NCBI GenBank assembly: GCA_013265495.1
Contig: MU058153.1
Location: 186,001 to 250,000 of the forward strand
Direction of reading: 5' to 3'
Length of the DNA: 64,000 bases
From: Vicugna vicugna
Lineage: Eukaryota
Below, one piece after another: positions 1 through 12,779 of the stretch; position 1 is the stretch's first letter, and each line of letters starts with the position of its first letter. Below the pieces are notes generated by a model. That model saw only the letters and a program-made list of their open reading frames with translations. It was not told the DNA's origin and ran no database searches. The position numbers were made by a program, and so were the translations under genes.

Positions 1-649
1 ATACAATATGCATCAACTCAACTCCTTGAAATCCTGCTCACAGGTTTCTAGAACGAGATTGAAGTGACAACGAGGAGGCTGCGCTGACATGTATCCAGGA
101 GGTGCCTTGATGGTGACTGACAACTTGTTTTGCGGAGGCTTAATTGAACCCGATGGCCTCATAAAAGAAAGGCAAATGCTCCAAGCCAAAGCGAAAGGAA
201 GTGGCTGTTGGGCTTACTGTCTTCATTTCTCCAACAGTGGCCGACAAATTGCCATTTTACAGGGGCACCTCCTGCCAACCAGTTTCCTAGGTTTTGCAGT
301 TCCTATAATTAATCCCTGATCCTCGAACCTCTGGCATTTACTCTCCAAGGTTCTCTGCAAGAGGCAGATGATGTTAAATAAGGCAATAAGGCCAGGGGTG
401 TGGACTGCAGCTGCTTAGAGAGCCTATGCACACAGAATGACCCAGATCCTTAAGGCATTCTACCTTCCTGAACTGGAGCCTTCCTGCAGGGGGAACTCTT
501 GGAAATGAGAAGCCTGCAGGAAAATCTGGGAGTAATCCTTTTCTCTCCAAGAATAGCTACCCAATGTTTATTAAATAAGTTCTGGAATTGTGTCATAAGT
601 GCTTTAAATAAATGATCTTTACTCTCCATCACAAAACTGGAACATGATC

Positions 650-780
650 ATTCTTGTTCCCATTTTAGAGATGAGGATACTCAGACATAGTTTAGATACC
701 CAAGGATATTTACCCAAGGAGAGTGAACAATGGAATGGGGACTTGAATCCATATCTGTTTGAGTTCTAAAACTGTGAAAT
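650..780 (-). mobile_element. MIR SINE fragment
   Basis: cccattttagagatgaggatactcag...ggggacttgaatccatatctgtttga resembles the reverse complement of the MIR core. Confidence 0.7.
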
Positions 781-900
781 TTTTTCTATAGTAAACTGAC
801 AACATTAATGAAGTATTTGTTCTGGGCTGAGGATTCTGAGAACGAGTGTGAAGAGGGACTCAGAGATCCAGAGGTGATGTCAACATTATAATAGCTGTAA

Positions 901-930
901 GGATGATGGTGAGGATGAGGATGAGGATAA
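901..930. repeat. (GGATGA)n short tandem repeat
   Basis: ggatgatggtgaggatgaggatgaggataa; explains the His/Pro-rich ORF 786..971. Confidence 0.8.
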
Positions 931-1099
931 GGACCATGACAGTAGCATGCTATTTTGAGACAGCAACTCACCTTTGTTTGTTTGATGCTTCCTGAGTTTC
1001 TCTTTCCTTTGCCCGTGCTACAGCAGAGAGTAACTCCTTGCTTTGTCCTCAGTCAAAGAAGGCTGCAGTGCTAAACCTAAAAGCAAGTTTGACTTTTAA

Positions 1100-1420
1100 A
1101 AACCAAGGACCAGAAAGGGGAAAGGATTTAGGATAAGAGATAAAATGTCTTTAGATAGAAATGGGGAAGGAGCAATGACACCCACTGATATAAGGAAGGG
1201 AGAGAAGAGAGAAAGTGGCCACTGCTTCAGGATGGCATGATAGTGAGGGTGGTGGGGTGGTGGAGGTGCGGCAGGGAGACCCCAGAAAGAAAATGACCAC
1301 TTGGGAAACTTAGGTGGTTGGAAAATAGGCAGCCTTGAAAAGAGTTCCATATACTGGAGAGTGACATGAACATTGTAGAGAGTAAAGAGTCATACAAATG
1401 GAAGAGAGCATGTCTCAGTG
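1100..1420 (-). mobile_element. Probable ancient L2 ORF2 (endonuclease region) remnant
   Basis: Purine-rich on the + strand; minus-strand translation LPIFQPP resembles the VIYRPP motif of L2/CR1 endonucleases. Confidence 0.35.
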
Positions 1421-2319
1421 ACAAACGAATCATCCATGACCTGGCACTGGATGAGAGACCTCCCTGACCTGCCCAACTCCTTGACAGCCATTGAGGTTTG
1501 AAGCCACAGCACAACCCTGGAGGAAGGTCACGCACAGTCAGCCTCAGCTCTGCAGGTGAGGTCTAGAAAATAAAAGGCTATTGTATTATGCCTTTGGGTT
1601 AAAAAAGAAAAGAAAAGAAAAGAAAAATGGAATTTTGTGCATCTTGTACATCTGAGTGTGTAGACGAAGACTCATACTTGCTTAAAAAATAGTAATAATC
1701 ATAAAATTACATTGTTGATCTCTTATAAATGCAGAACTGCCTCTGCACCCTGTATTAAGTACTCTAAGGGCATTCCTTCATTTAATTCCCACGAGTCTAT
1801 AGAATAGATGCTTTTATTAACCCTGTCTTGTGAAGGAGGAATCTAAGCCTTAATAACTTGCGTGAGGTTATACTGATGCTGCAAGCTTTAACGGTGACAT
1901 TTACCAATCGCCCTGGCCTAGTGATTTTCTTTCTTGGCTAAGTCCTTAAATACAGGACAGTAGCATCTTAACTATATCAGGTTTGTCCTGATTGTACCTG
2001 CTAAATAAATGAGAAGCAGTTTATCATGTGAACTGGAGGAATGTTCAGTAAGGTAGAGGTAAGTGTCCTAAACAAATTCAAAGTGGCGTGCTAGAGGGAG
2101 CAGAGGGATGATTAAACTTCTAGAGAAGTCCAGCAATCGATTTAATGATGATAAAAAAAAGATTCGAACTCATTTCTTACTTAATTTTCAGCCTAATCAT
2201 TGAACGAAAGGAATAAAGATTCCATAAATATGATGACATGGCTAGGGTAAATCTAACGATCTTTAGTCAGTAAGCAATTTCTCTCTCTCTCATCCTCTCT
2301 CCCTGTTTCCCATCTTTAT

Positions 2320-2702
2320 GACAGGAGTACACTTCCCTGTCCCATTGATCCATTGACTGCGGCTTGCCCATGGAACTTGATTTGGCCAGTGGACTATAAG
2401 CAGGCATGCCATGAGCTCATGACGTTATGTATATTATTTCAGGGCACCAGTGATCCTTTATGAGAAGAAATTCACCTCCTCTCCCCCATGGGGTAGCCAC
2501 TACTCCTTTAGCCTGGGCTCAGAAGGAACAAAAGCAGGGCAAGCCAGTCTCTAGCCCTAATCCAAGCCTGGATTAAACCCTTGCCCTAAAAACAGTGCCA
2601 CCCAACATGACCCATAGACATATAAGCAAAAAATGAAGACTTATTCTTCTATATTATTGAAATTTTGTGCTTCTTTGTTACCAAAGAAAAGCTAGTTGAT
2701 AA
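2320..2702 (+). mobile_element. MLT1-type MaLR LTR (old subfamily)
   Basis: ggagtacacttccctgtcccattga...tttggccagtgga start; tattgaaattttgtgcttctttgttacc...gctagttgataa end typical of MLT1. Confidence 0.65.
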
Positions 2703-2743
2703 CAATCAAGATAAATTTCTCAGTTTACCATCTCTTCACTTTT

Positions 2744-3627
2744 TTTTAAATTGAAGTATAGCCAATTTACAATGTTGTGTTAGTTTCCAGCATACAGCAT
2801 AGAGATTTAGTTATACATATATATATATTCTTTTTATTGTAAATTATTATAAGCTATTGGATATAGTTCCCTGTGCTATACAGTGGAACCTTGTTGATTA
2901 TCTATTTTATATATAGCAGTTTATATCTGCTAATTCCAAACTCCTAATTTATTCTTCCCCTATCCCCTACTTTTCCCTTTGGTAACCATAAATTTGTTTT
3001 CTACGTCAGTGAGCCTGTTTCTGTCTTGTAAATAAGTTCACTTATGTCACTTTTTTTTTAGATTCCACATGTTAAGTGATATCATATGATATTTGTCTTT
3101 CTGTGTCTGACTTACTTTACTTAGTATGATAATCTCTAGATCCATCCATGTTGCTGCAAATAGCATTATTTCATTCTTTTTATGGCTGAGTAGTATTCCA
3201 TTGTATATAAATACCACATCTTTATCCAGTCATCTGTCAATGGACATTTAGGTTGCTTTTATGTCTTAGCTACTATAAATAGTGCTGCTGTGAACATTGA
3301 GGTGCATGTATCTTTTCAAATGAAAATTTTTATCTTTCCCAGATATATGCCCAGGAGTGGGATTGCTGGATCATATGGTAACTCTATTTTTAGTTTTTTA
3401 AGAAACCTCCATACTGTTTTCCATAGTGGCTGCACCAAATTTACATTCCCACCAACAGTGTAGGAGGGTTCCCTTTTTCCCACACCCTCTCTAGCATTTA
3501 TTCTTTGTGGACTTTTAATGTTGGCCATTTTGACCAGTATGAGGTGATACCTTATTGTAGTTTTGATTTGCATTTCTCTGATAATTAGTGATTCTGAGCA
3601 TCTTTTTCATGTGCCCATAGACCATCG
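2744..3627 (-). mobile_element. 5'-truncated L1 (ORF2 C-terminus + 3' UTR), cetartiodactyl type, with TSD
   Basis: ORF 3316..3573 MQIKTTIRYHL...[30 protein letters not shown] is the L1 ORF2 C-terminus; poly-T at left; TSD accatctcttca(c/g)tttt at 2727-2743 and 3628-3644. Confidence 0.95.
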
Positions 3628-4689
3628 ACCATCTCTTCAGTTTTAATTTATCCCTCAGGAGTTTGGTGAAATAATTCCTAAGTAAAGTCCCATAGAAAGA
3701 AAGCAAAGATACCTTCACTGTGCAATAATTGCAGGCATTAATTTTATTTAGTAGGTGGATATTCAGAGTATAAAGAATTTGAAAAGAACTGTTAGTGCAA
3801 ACATTTTGGGGGAAAAGTTTATGGCTTCAATTTCTTCATTTAAAAAATGTCAATAAGCATGTCTACCTTATGGGAGGGTTCTTTATTCACTCACTTCACA
3901 AACATTTGTCAGGCGTCAATATTTATTGATTCACTAGTCACTGGAAGATGTGTTGAAGGTACAATGGTGGAAATAAAAAAGGGAGAAAGAGAAATTGCTC
4001 AGCATATTGTCTGGTGAACTAGAGAGCATTCGTAAAGTTAAATATTCACAATAATTAAATAAATATATAATTAAAAGCTTCAAATGGTATAAAATATTAA
4101 AAGATTGTCCACATAAAGTGTTTATCCTAGTGCTAAATTATTAATTTTTTTAGCATATTAATGCTTAACAAATGGTGATGGTCAGGACAGTGTGATCAAC
4201 ATGATAAGAGTCTCGCACAGACCCAAGTTTTCCTGGGGCTTGAGATTTTTTTCACCTCTCTCTCTCTCAGTTTACTTCTGATAAGCATAACAATACTGGT
4301 AAGATTTTTTAAAGGGTGGAAAATTCATAATAAACTAAATAATAAATAAATGGTCTCAGATATCTGGGTTTGTCTTTCCTAATTGCTTCACTAAGAGCTC
4401 CTGTACCAAACGAGGTGATGGTCTTCCTGGAAGACGGCATCTATGTAAAAACATCAACCCTCCTTTTCATTCTGAGCTTAGGAATCAGTAAGAGGGAATC
4501 ATTGTGCAAGCAGTGTGATGTCAACCATGTCTCAGAAATTTTCTCGCCATTTGTGTTTAATGAAACCTAGTGCGCTCACAGCAGGTGCTCCCAGCGGTCT
4601 CATGGAATGTAGATTATGCTGCCATCTCTGGGATCTGATAAACCGATATAATAGGGGGGCACTGAAAACCAGTAGTGGGATGTCAAGAT

Positions 4690-4990
4690 CTCAAAGCCCT
4701 GTTTCTGGTTCCACTTTTTATACACAGTCATTATCTTTGGTTAAGTCACTTCATATTCCTGGGTTTTAGTTTTCTCATCTATGAAATAATGAGGTTTAAG
4801 GCTAGAAGAACAGTTCGGTCCCCACCTACTTGCTTTGTGACCTCGGGCAGGTTATTACACGTTTATAAAGTCCCAGTTCCCTCATTTGGAAAATTAGGAT
4901 AATAATGCAACCTCCTACGTAGGGTTGCTCTTCATATGCAATATGATAAGGCATGTAAAATGCTCAGTACAATTCCCGACATATCATAAT
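4690..4990 (+). mobile_element. MIR SINE fragments (two core copies)
   Basis: ttttctcatctatgaaat and gtgacctcgggcaggttatt...ctcatttggaaaattaggataataatgcaacctcctacgtagggttg match the MIR core. Confidence 0.7.
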
Positions 4991-6066
4991 TGCCCAACAA
5001 AACATAGATCTTATTTTTACTATTAGCCTCATATTCATCACTATAAAATCGTATGTGTTTGAATACAATCAGTTTGCAAACTCTCTTAACTTTGGTTACA
5101 AAAATTGACTGTCTTTCACATAAACACACACTGCTCACTCCCTGGATTTTGAGCTGACACCGTTTTGAGACAGTGAGGATTCACCTGTAAAGAGACTTTA
5201 TCCCTGGACGGAGACAGCAGAGCAACGAAAGTGTTTGTTGCAGCACTTTTCATGAGTAAAGGAGCACTATTAACATGAATGTCAACTTTTAAGTTTCTCA
5301 ACTCAGCATCTTTTACCAGCTTTAAGTTCTTTCTGACAAAACACATTTGCACCCACGTGCTCGCAAGTGCACCTGCACACACACACTCAGAACACTGAGG
5401 TCAGAAAGAAGATTCTGAATTCCTTAAGTCCACTCAGCTGCACAGAGGGCTGGCTCTGCCTTCGCTTTAAGCATCTGTAGAGCAGTTAATGGACACTGTC
5501 AATTTTTGCAGCCACCAAGGAGACTAGATGAAGTTTCCATTTACTATGTCTTATTCTTGGCTTGCTGTGTGTATGTATATATATATAATATATATAAATA
5601 AATGTTAGATGAAGACTCTTCCAGAAAGGAAATAAAGTGCTCCTGAATCTCACATAAAAAGTGATGGTCACATTTTTCTCTGCCTTAATGATGGTTTAAA
5701 CACTTCCCCATTGCAAATATAATTGTACACATAGAGCAAACTTTAAAAGGTATCTTTACCAAATACCATTTGTGGGGACAAGGAGCCTGTCTGTTTTCCT
5801 TCCATCCTTTCTTCCTTTCTCCCTTCCATCCTTCTTTCCAGCTTCGTTTAGAAAGAACTTAGGCTGGCCCTCCTCATGGTTTCTAAGCCATCCATAATGT
5901 CTCTACTTGCTTTCTCAAATGATTGTCCATTTCTCCTCCTCACTAAGTCATCCTTCTTGCCACACTGACCTACTTCTTGTGCCTTCACTTTGTTGCCAAT
6001 GTCCCCTCTTCATGTATCACTCCTCTCTGAACCCCATCACCACCTGGATAGATCCTATGCATTTTT

Positions 6067-6183
6067 GGCGGGGGTGGTAATTAGGTTTATTTATTCATTT
6101 TTTAAAATGGAGATACTGGGGATTGGACCCGGGACCTCATGTATGCTGAGCACGTGCTCTGTCACTGAGCTATACCCTCCCCC
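6067..6183 (-). mobile_element. Vic-1-like camelid tRNA-derived SINE with perfect 17-bp TSD
   Basis: Minus strand GGGGGAGGGTATAGCTCAGTGACAGAGCACGTGCTCAGCATACATGAGGTCCCGGGTCCAATCCCCAGTATCTCC (A/B boxes) + AATAAATAAACCTAATTACC tail; TSD agatcctatgcattttt at 6050-6066 and 6184-6200. Confidence 0.92.
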
Positions 6184-7590
6184 AGATCCTATGCATTTTT
6201 TAAGTGAGTTAGAACTGCACAGCTATCACTAAGCAATTACAAATCTGGATTTATAGGAATAGGATACATGAGATATTTTCTCTTTTCCAGAATATATACT
6301 TAAAGGACTGTGTCTTTTTCACTAAAAACTCCATACTTGTTAGTATAAAGTACTTAATAAGTGTTGGAAGATTTAAAATAACTGCCCAAAGAATTCAACA
6401 GTTATTTTCAGATGACGGGGGCCTCTGATCTGTGCCTAACTTAAGGGCTCCCCATCTGGGCACTTTCCTGAAGGGTAAAGGAGCAGGCAATTGAGCCAAG
6501 GAGGAATATGCACCAAAGTCACACTGCAAACTGCCCTAAACCCACCACCTCAACAACCTCTTTCCTAACTCTGTCCCCCTCAGGGTGGACTTCACTGCCA
6601 ATGTGCCTGAGCACAAGGGGTGGCCTCACAGCCACTGTTTGCTGGAGGCAAGGATGGATCTTGGATGCACAGGCAGTGGCGTCAACATCACATGATGCTC
6701 ACTGTGCTACAAGTTGGAACCAGGAATAAGAACAGGAGGCACAGGAAGCTCTAGGAGTCAATTATCCTAAATTAAATTCTCACCTTCCTTCCACATTGTG
6801 ACAAGTGAGATACAACCGTTTGTCAAAGTGGATACAACACAGGTTATTTAAATGTGTTGCTTTGATTTAGACACGTGTGCTCTCCTTTGTATTCTTGCCT
6901 CAGGTCTGCAAATGGTAGGTCTGGGCAGGGATCAAATGCCCTCTTCTCCCAGGGGCCCTTCTTGATCCTCTTAGCCACCCTGAACTCCCATCTGACCAAC
7001 TCTTGGTGTTGGCTGCTCCGTGTGTCACTTTTATTTGTGAATTGGGGATATTTACAAACAGATATCTTCATGACCAGAAGATAATGTTTTTGAAAGCAGG
7101 TTCCATATGCCAGATTCATCTTTGTGTCTTCACTGTGCCTCTTACAGTAAATCTGAAAACTTGTAAAGAATTCATAAACACTTACTGAAGTAATAGAAAA
7201 TTTCTCAAAGATGTGTAGATTTTACCCTCTTCTAGAATGTATCAGGCACATGATGATTGCTCTGTGTCAAGGACCTTTAGTTACAACAAACACATTCAAA
7301 TTAACAAAATAACGAATTCAAGGAGACACCAAAGAACCCATGGGAATGAAACAGGACTGGGGCTTGGGCACTAAAACTGAGGGTCTAAGTGTTGCCTTTG
7401 GAAATGTCATGGCATCAGTGCATGATGGTTACTTCTGATCTGCAAGACTAGTTTTATTGTAATGAGGGCATAATGAGCAAAGGGTTATATTCCAATGCTG
7501 GAGATTCCTGTCTTCTTCACCTTTCTTTGCATACCTCCAGGACACTTGTCACGCCAAAATGTGTGGTTTCTTATCAGCCCAGAGGTGCTT

Positions 7591-7591
<1 letters not shown>

Positions 7592-7622
<31 letters not shown>
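7592..7622. repeat. Poly-T run (31 nt)
   Basis: Uninterrupted T run. Confidence 0.95.
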
Positions 7623-7861
7623 CCCAAGGACTCCTATTGTTTACAAGATGTATGGTGTCCTGCCATTTGGCCCGTGCCCCTCTCTCTGCTAATGTCTAGC
7701 TGTCTTGCCTGCTCTATCATAAAAATGTGACTGTCTTGTTTTTTCAAGGGTGACATGACTGCTCATTGCTGCATCTTTAAGGAGACTATTTTCTTCTGTT
7801 CACCATTTCTTCCACTGACTATAACTCAGTCCCTGGTTCTTTGGTTTACTAGGACACCACC

Positions 7862-8461
7862 TGTATAGGTCAGCATTCAACCAGAGGGATAGAACCAATG
7901 GGAGATACAAACCAAGAGAAATGTTGTGAGGAATTGACTTACATGTTCGTGGGAAAAGTCAGCAACCTGCAGAGCAGGCCATCAGAAAGGACAGGCTGAA
8001 ATCCTTGGGGCCAGGTTAAAGCTGCAATCCACTGGCAGAATTTCTTCTTCCTCAGGGATAGAATCAACTGATAGAATCGGGCTGCCTCCAATTATGTGGG
8101 ATGGTCTTCCCTATGTAAAGTCAACTGATTTTGTAAATCCTGAACTTTGGGACCTGCAGATACTAACTATTATATATAAGATAAACAACAAGGTCCTATT
8201 GTATAGCACAGGGAACTATATTCAATTCCTTGTAATAGCCTATAATGAAAAAGAAGATGACAAGGAATATGAATATATATGTATGTGTAACTGAATCACT
8301 ATGGTGTACACTAGAAATTAACAGAACATTGTAAATTGACTATACATCATTTTAAGAAAAAAGTCAGCTGATTTGGGACTTTAATCACATGGGTTAAATA
8401 TCTTTGAAGCAATAACTAGATTAGGGTTTGATTGAGTAAATGGGGTGGTAGCCCAGTCAAG
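7862..8461 (-). mobile_element. MLT2-type (ERV-L) LTR interrupted by an L1 3' end
   Basis: tgtataggtcagcattcaaccagagggatagaaccaatgggagat...gaggaattgacttac and tagattagggtttgattgagtaaatgggg...tagcccagtcaag match the MLT2 reverse complement. Confidence 0.75.
8132..8359 (+). mobile_element. Short L1 3' UTR insertion with TSD
   Basis: ataaacaacaaggtcctattgtatagcacagggaactatattcaa...tgtaactgaatcact; TSD aaagtca(a/g)ctgattt at 8117-8131 and 8360-8374. Confidence 0.9.
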
Positions 8462-9599
8462 GGTGGGACAGAAAGAAGGCCATCACCTTGCCTTATCCAG
8501 CTAGACCCTTTGCTTAGCTTCCTGCATTTAGAGAGCCCCTTTCTTTTAGTTAAAAGAATGAAAAGATTATATTCATTTCTGGCAAGCAATGGTGTCATCC
8601 CTAGTGAGATAAAATAGGACAAGGTAACAGAGCATGTAGATCTGTTCCTGCAAGGGGCTGTCAGGGAAAGATTCTCTAGAAGAAGCTATGGTATGGCTGG
8701 CTAGCAAAGAAGCCCGTCTTGTAGAATGTCTGCCTTTCCTTGGCTCTCTTCCTTAATCCCATGCAAGTCAGGGGGCTGAGTCTGAGAGACAAGGCATACT
8801 CACGCTTCCTTACATTTTCAGCGAGAGTTCTTATCTGGAAGGAAGTTTTACAAAGATGAAATAAGTTTGACCCTTACACCAAGAAAACACTCAGCATTTT
8901 GCTCATTAACATATATAGAGGCAAACTAATACAATTTAGGGGGGTCATAAAACTTCCAATTTGTTTCAGTTATGGCAACAATGACAACATTAATAATAGT
9001 AAAATAACCTGAGAGGATCCTTGACTATTTTTCCCCGTGTGTCACAAACATAGCTTGATTCTGTCAGTTTTTTTAAAATTCAGAATCATATTCATTTGTA
9101 AGGTAAATACCAACTTGGCTCCATAATTTTGCAAGTACAAAATTTTGATGGAGATTGTAAAAGTTTGCTCGCTTACCAGTGGCATTTCTTCCCTTCAGTA
9201 TATCCAATTAAGTTTTTATCCTTAGAGCAAAGTCTTAGAGATCACAGTGGAAACAAACAGTTGTCATGGGTTGTGGCTGAAATGAATGCTAATCATAGCT
9301 GGCTTCCTTCTGCCCCATGAAATGTGTGTTTTACAGTGACATTCAGAATAGTACAAATGAGCTATAAATTGCACTTTCATTCTCTAGGCTTTGTTTTACA
9401 AATTCTGCAAATGAGTCATGCATCTGTTTGGTTTGCTTTTGATGCCACAGATTTCTGTGCCCGGTGGTTTTATATATCCAAACTCTCTTGCTGATAAGCG
9501 TTTTTGTCCTAAATGAAAGAGAGAAAGGACAGAGGTGCAGAGGAATGCATTTCTAAAAGCATTCAAAGGGGATCCGTAAAAGAGAAAGTTAATGGTGTG

Positions 9600-10090
9600 G
9601 GTTCAGTGTCATTCATTTATGGGCTAATTTGTAAAGAAACTCTCTTTTATAAAAGACACTGTGATAAGCACTCTGTGGGATACAGCCCATATATAAGATA
9701 CAGCTCAAGTTCCAGAAGTTCACTATCTACTCTTAGGGGAAGACAAGTACAGAGGGCATTACAACATTATTTAAAGCAAGACTAGTCAGAGAAAAGGCAT
9801 GAAATGTTTTATGGATGTCCAATGGGGGACCAAATTGCATCCAGTGGAGGAGAAACATGACTTCATGGAGGAGTTTTGAAGGATGCTGAAGACAGACTTA
9901 CCTAAATACTACAGAACTAGGAACGAGCATAGACAAAGGCAAGACTTGGAAAAGCAGAAGGTGTGTTTGGGCAAAGGAAGTCATCCCATGTGGATGCAGA
10001 GGAGGGTGCTGTCAAAACAATTTGACTGGACCAGATCATGAAAGACCTTGGATGCTAGGATAATGTGCCTGCTTATATCCCAGGAAGGCA
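9600..10090 (-). mobile_element. L2 LINE fragment
   Basis: tcattcattta...cactgtgataagcactctg...gagttttgaaggatg...ccagatcatgaaagaccttggatgctagg resembles antisense L2 3' region. Confidence 0.6.
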
Positions 10091-10602
10091 GCAGATAATC
10101 CTGTGAACAAGTGTGGTAAAGACTTTAAGGCTGAAATGTATCCAAGCTGGGACTTGCCTTTTCACATATCACCTAACGTTCTCACAGTATGGTCCATATG
10201 ATCCATGTACCTCCGCTGGTGCATATCTGAGTTCACCCGGAGATGAGAACAGAAAGAGAAATGGAACATTTAGGAGTTTTCAAAAACAATTTGCCATTGC
10301 CACAGAAGTACAGGATTTTGTGTTGTCCAATCCATAATGGATTGAAAAAGAATTGGTTCTTGCACAGATAATCAGAGAGCACCCCAGTGTCTCCCACACA
10401 GGGTGTGTAGCCTATAGATGTGTTGATTTTGCAACTGGAGTCAGACCTTCTGTTTGTATTTGTCTTGTTCCCAATTCCCCTCATCTCACTGGACATTTTC
10501 CTTAACTGCATTTTGATCTCAATATTTTGATGTTGCATCTTAATCTTGACCTGTTAAAAGACCTGTTATCAGATCATAGAAATTAACCCCATGAAGTCTA
10601 GA

Positions 10603-10815
10603 GCACCAGTGGGCAAGCGTAGCCCACCAGCAAACCTGGCTCTCTGCCTATTTTGTAAATGAAATTTTTGTTTCAGCACAGCCATGCTCCTTTGTCTCCA
10701 TTTCATCCATGGCTGAGTTTTTGCTACCACAGCAGAGTTGACTAGATGCCACAAAAATTGTATGGTTTCAAATCCTAAAATATTTACTAACTGGCCCTTC
10801 ATAGTAAAATTTTGT
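10603..10815 (+). mobile_element. MER58A-like hAT-Charlie DNA transposon
   Basis: ttttgtaaatgaaatttttgtttcagcacagccatg...cagcagagttgactag...cctaaaatatttactaactggccctt follows the MER58A consensus. Confidence 0.85.
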
Positions 10816-12779
10816 ATGGCAAGTGATTAAGTCTCAAAATGGAAATTATGTAACCAGGTACCCACAATTCTTATTTTTTCCTGAAAGGCTAGCCGGGAAG
10901 AAATCTGGGGCCATGCTGGGCTTCAGGATGACACTGAGAAGAAAGAAGGCTCCCAAATTACTATTTTCACACATACTTTGGACAGGTATGAAAGAAAGTT
11001 TAGAACACATACTGCATTAAATAATGTCTTACATAGTTTTTTTGTTATGTTTTGTTTTGTTTTTAGTTTAATGCAGATAAGTTTGCAAGCTAATGAAATT
11101 TGATGGAAAAAATATCATCCTTGTTAATTATTTTAAAAGACACCAGGTTTACATCTTAGAGATGGTGACAGCTACATAAATACACAGGAGAAGTTAAAGT
11201 TATTGCAGTTGACAATTTCTTTAAAAATATTTTTTATTTTCTGCTTGGGATTCTAAAAGCATCAGGACAATCAAAAGAGAAGATTTTGGCCTGAAAAGTA
11301 GTAGGTTCTTGGATTGGTATATCTGGAATTACAGAAAAAGGAAAAGATGTTAAGTAAAACTATGTTTCCTCTTCTCTCTCTATTTCTTGCTACATTTTTG
11401 TGTAGCAAGTGGGTGTCAGTGTGGAGTTCGTCTACTGGCACATACCCTGTTGCACACTACACATTTCCACACTCAGCTATATTCTCAGAAGCAAAATAAC
11501 TCGGAAGCTAAAGATAAAAGAAAAAAAAAACGAGAACTAACTTGTGGCTTAAGTCCTTTGTAAAAGAAGGAAGGGCATATTATTAATCTATAAAATAAAC
11601 TTAAGTGGTAGGTAAGATTACCTCCACTTTACAAATGAAGAAATTGAAATTGAGGGAAATTATATAACTTGCCAAAGTCACATAGCTAGTAAATGAAGGG
11701 AAATGAATTTCTATCTAAGTGTGTTCTTCCTACTCTCCTAGCTAAAGTTTGATAAAAATAAATACCACTTCAGAATATAAATTCAGATGGAAGAAAAGGA
11801 AAATGAGCAAAATTGGGATTCATGGAGGTTAATAAAATCCTCAGCCCAATATAGACAAGATCAGGTGGGGAAAGAATGCAAGAAGCTGATTATATAGATG
11901 TGAAGGAAAAAAAGCCAGCAGTTATCAGAGTGATGCTGGGGAGAGACAAGGGTTAGAGGCATATTGAATATATTTTGAATAATAAAACAGGGTCACATTT
12001 TCAAGTCTCTGCATACATATATATTTATGAATACATATTATCAACAATGAAACAAAACATCTGCAGCCCACACCTAGAAGAATGTAAGGGACCGTAAACA
12101 GTCCTCTGGCTCACCAGGATCTGCTGGTAATTCAGAAACAAATTCGTGTATCAACGCTTTGTTGCTCATAAATCCAGCTGCAGGTGAATAATGTTTGCTA
12201 ATCATAATATGTTGGAAATGTGTACTTATTACACCAGAACCTGAGCTTTTCAAAGTCATTGCAAGGGTACATTTTATTCAACTATCTTAAGAAAAGGAAT
12301 CTTTTTTTCCCTATTCAGCTGTCTTTTAGGAAAAAGATTCTCTGTACGTGTGTGTGTATCTGACCTCCCTCCCCTCTCTTTTTATGCAAATCTTAATCAA
12401 ACCTAGATACCTATTTATGGATGTGAGTAAGAGACCACAATTTCTATAATGATCCTACAGTTCACCATTTTTGAGAGAAGCTTTTGACTCAGAATCAAAT
12501 AATTTGGAAAGATGGATTTTGTTTGCTTATTTATTTCTATATTATATTGACAAGTGCTTCTTATTTGTGATCCAAAGGCCAGTTTCAAGATACAAAGAAA
12601 CAGACTGCTGAACCTACAGGTGAGTCATCCAGAAACTCATCTGCCCTTGCCCACCTTCCTGGGCACTTTCGAATTCAGACACTGGCAAAGGCTCCCACAG
12701 GAACATGTCACTGTAAGAATCCTGGAGCCATGGAGACCTGCAAGTCCACCAGTCCACTCAGCTATTCCTCAGACCCTAC

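Noticed and set aside
3316..3573. ORF with a real protein match
   Set aside because: Fragment of L1 ORF2 in a 5'-truncated copy, not a host gene; the same applies to 16812-17138 and 32276-32497
6067..6183. tRNA-Ala-like gene
   Set aside because: Has a SINE tail and TSDs with a degenerate cloverleaf, so it is a SINE
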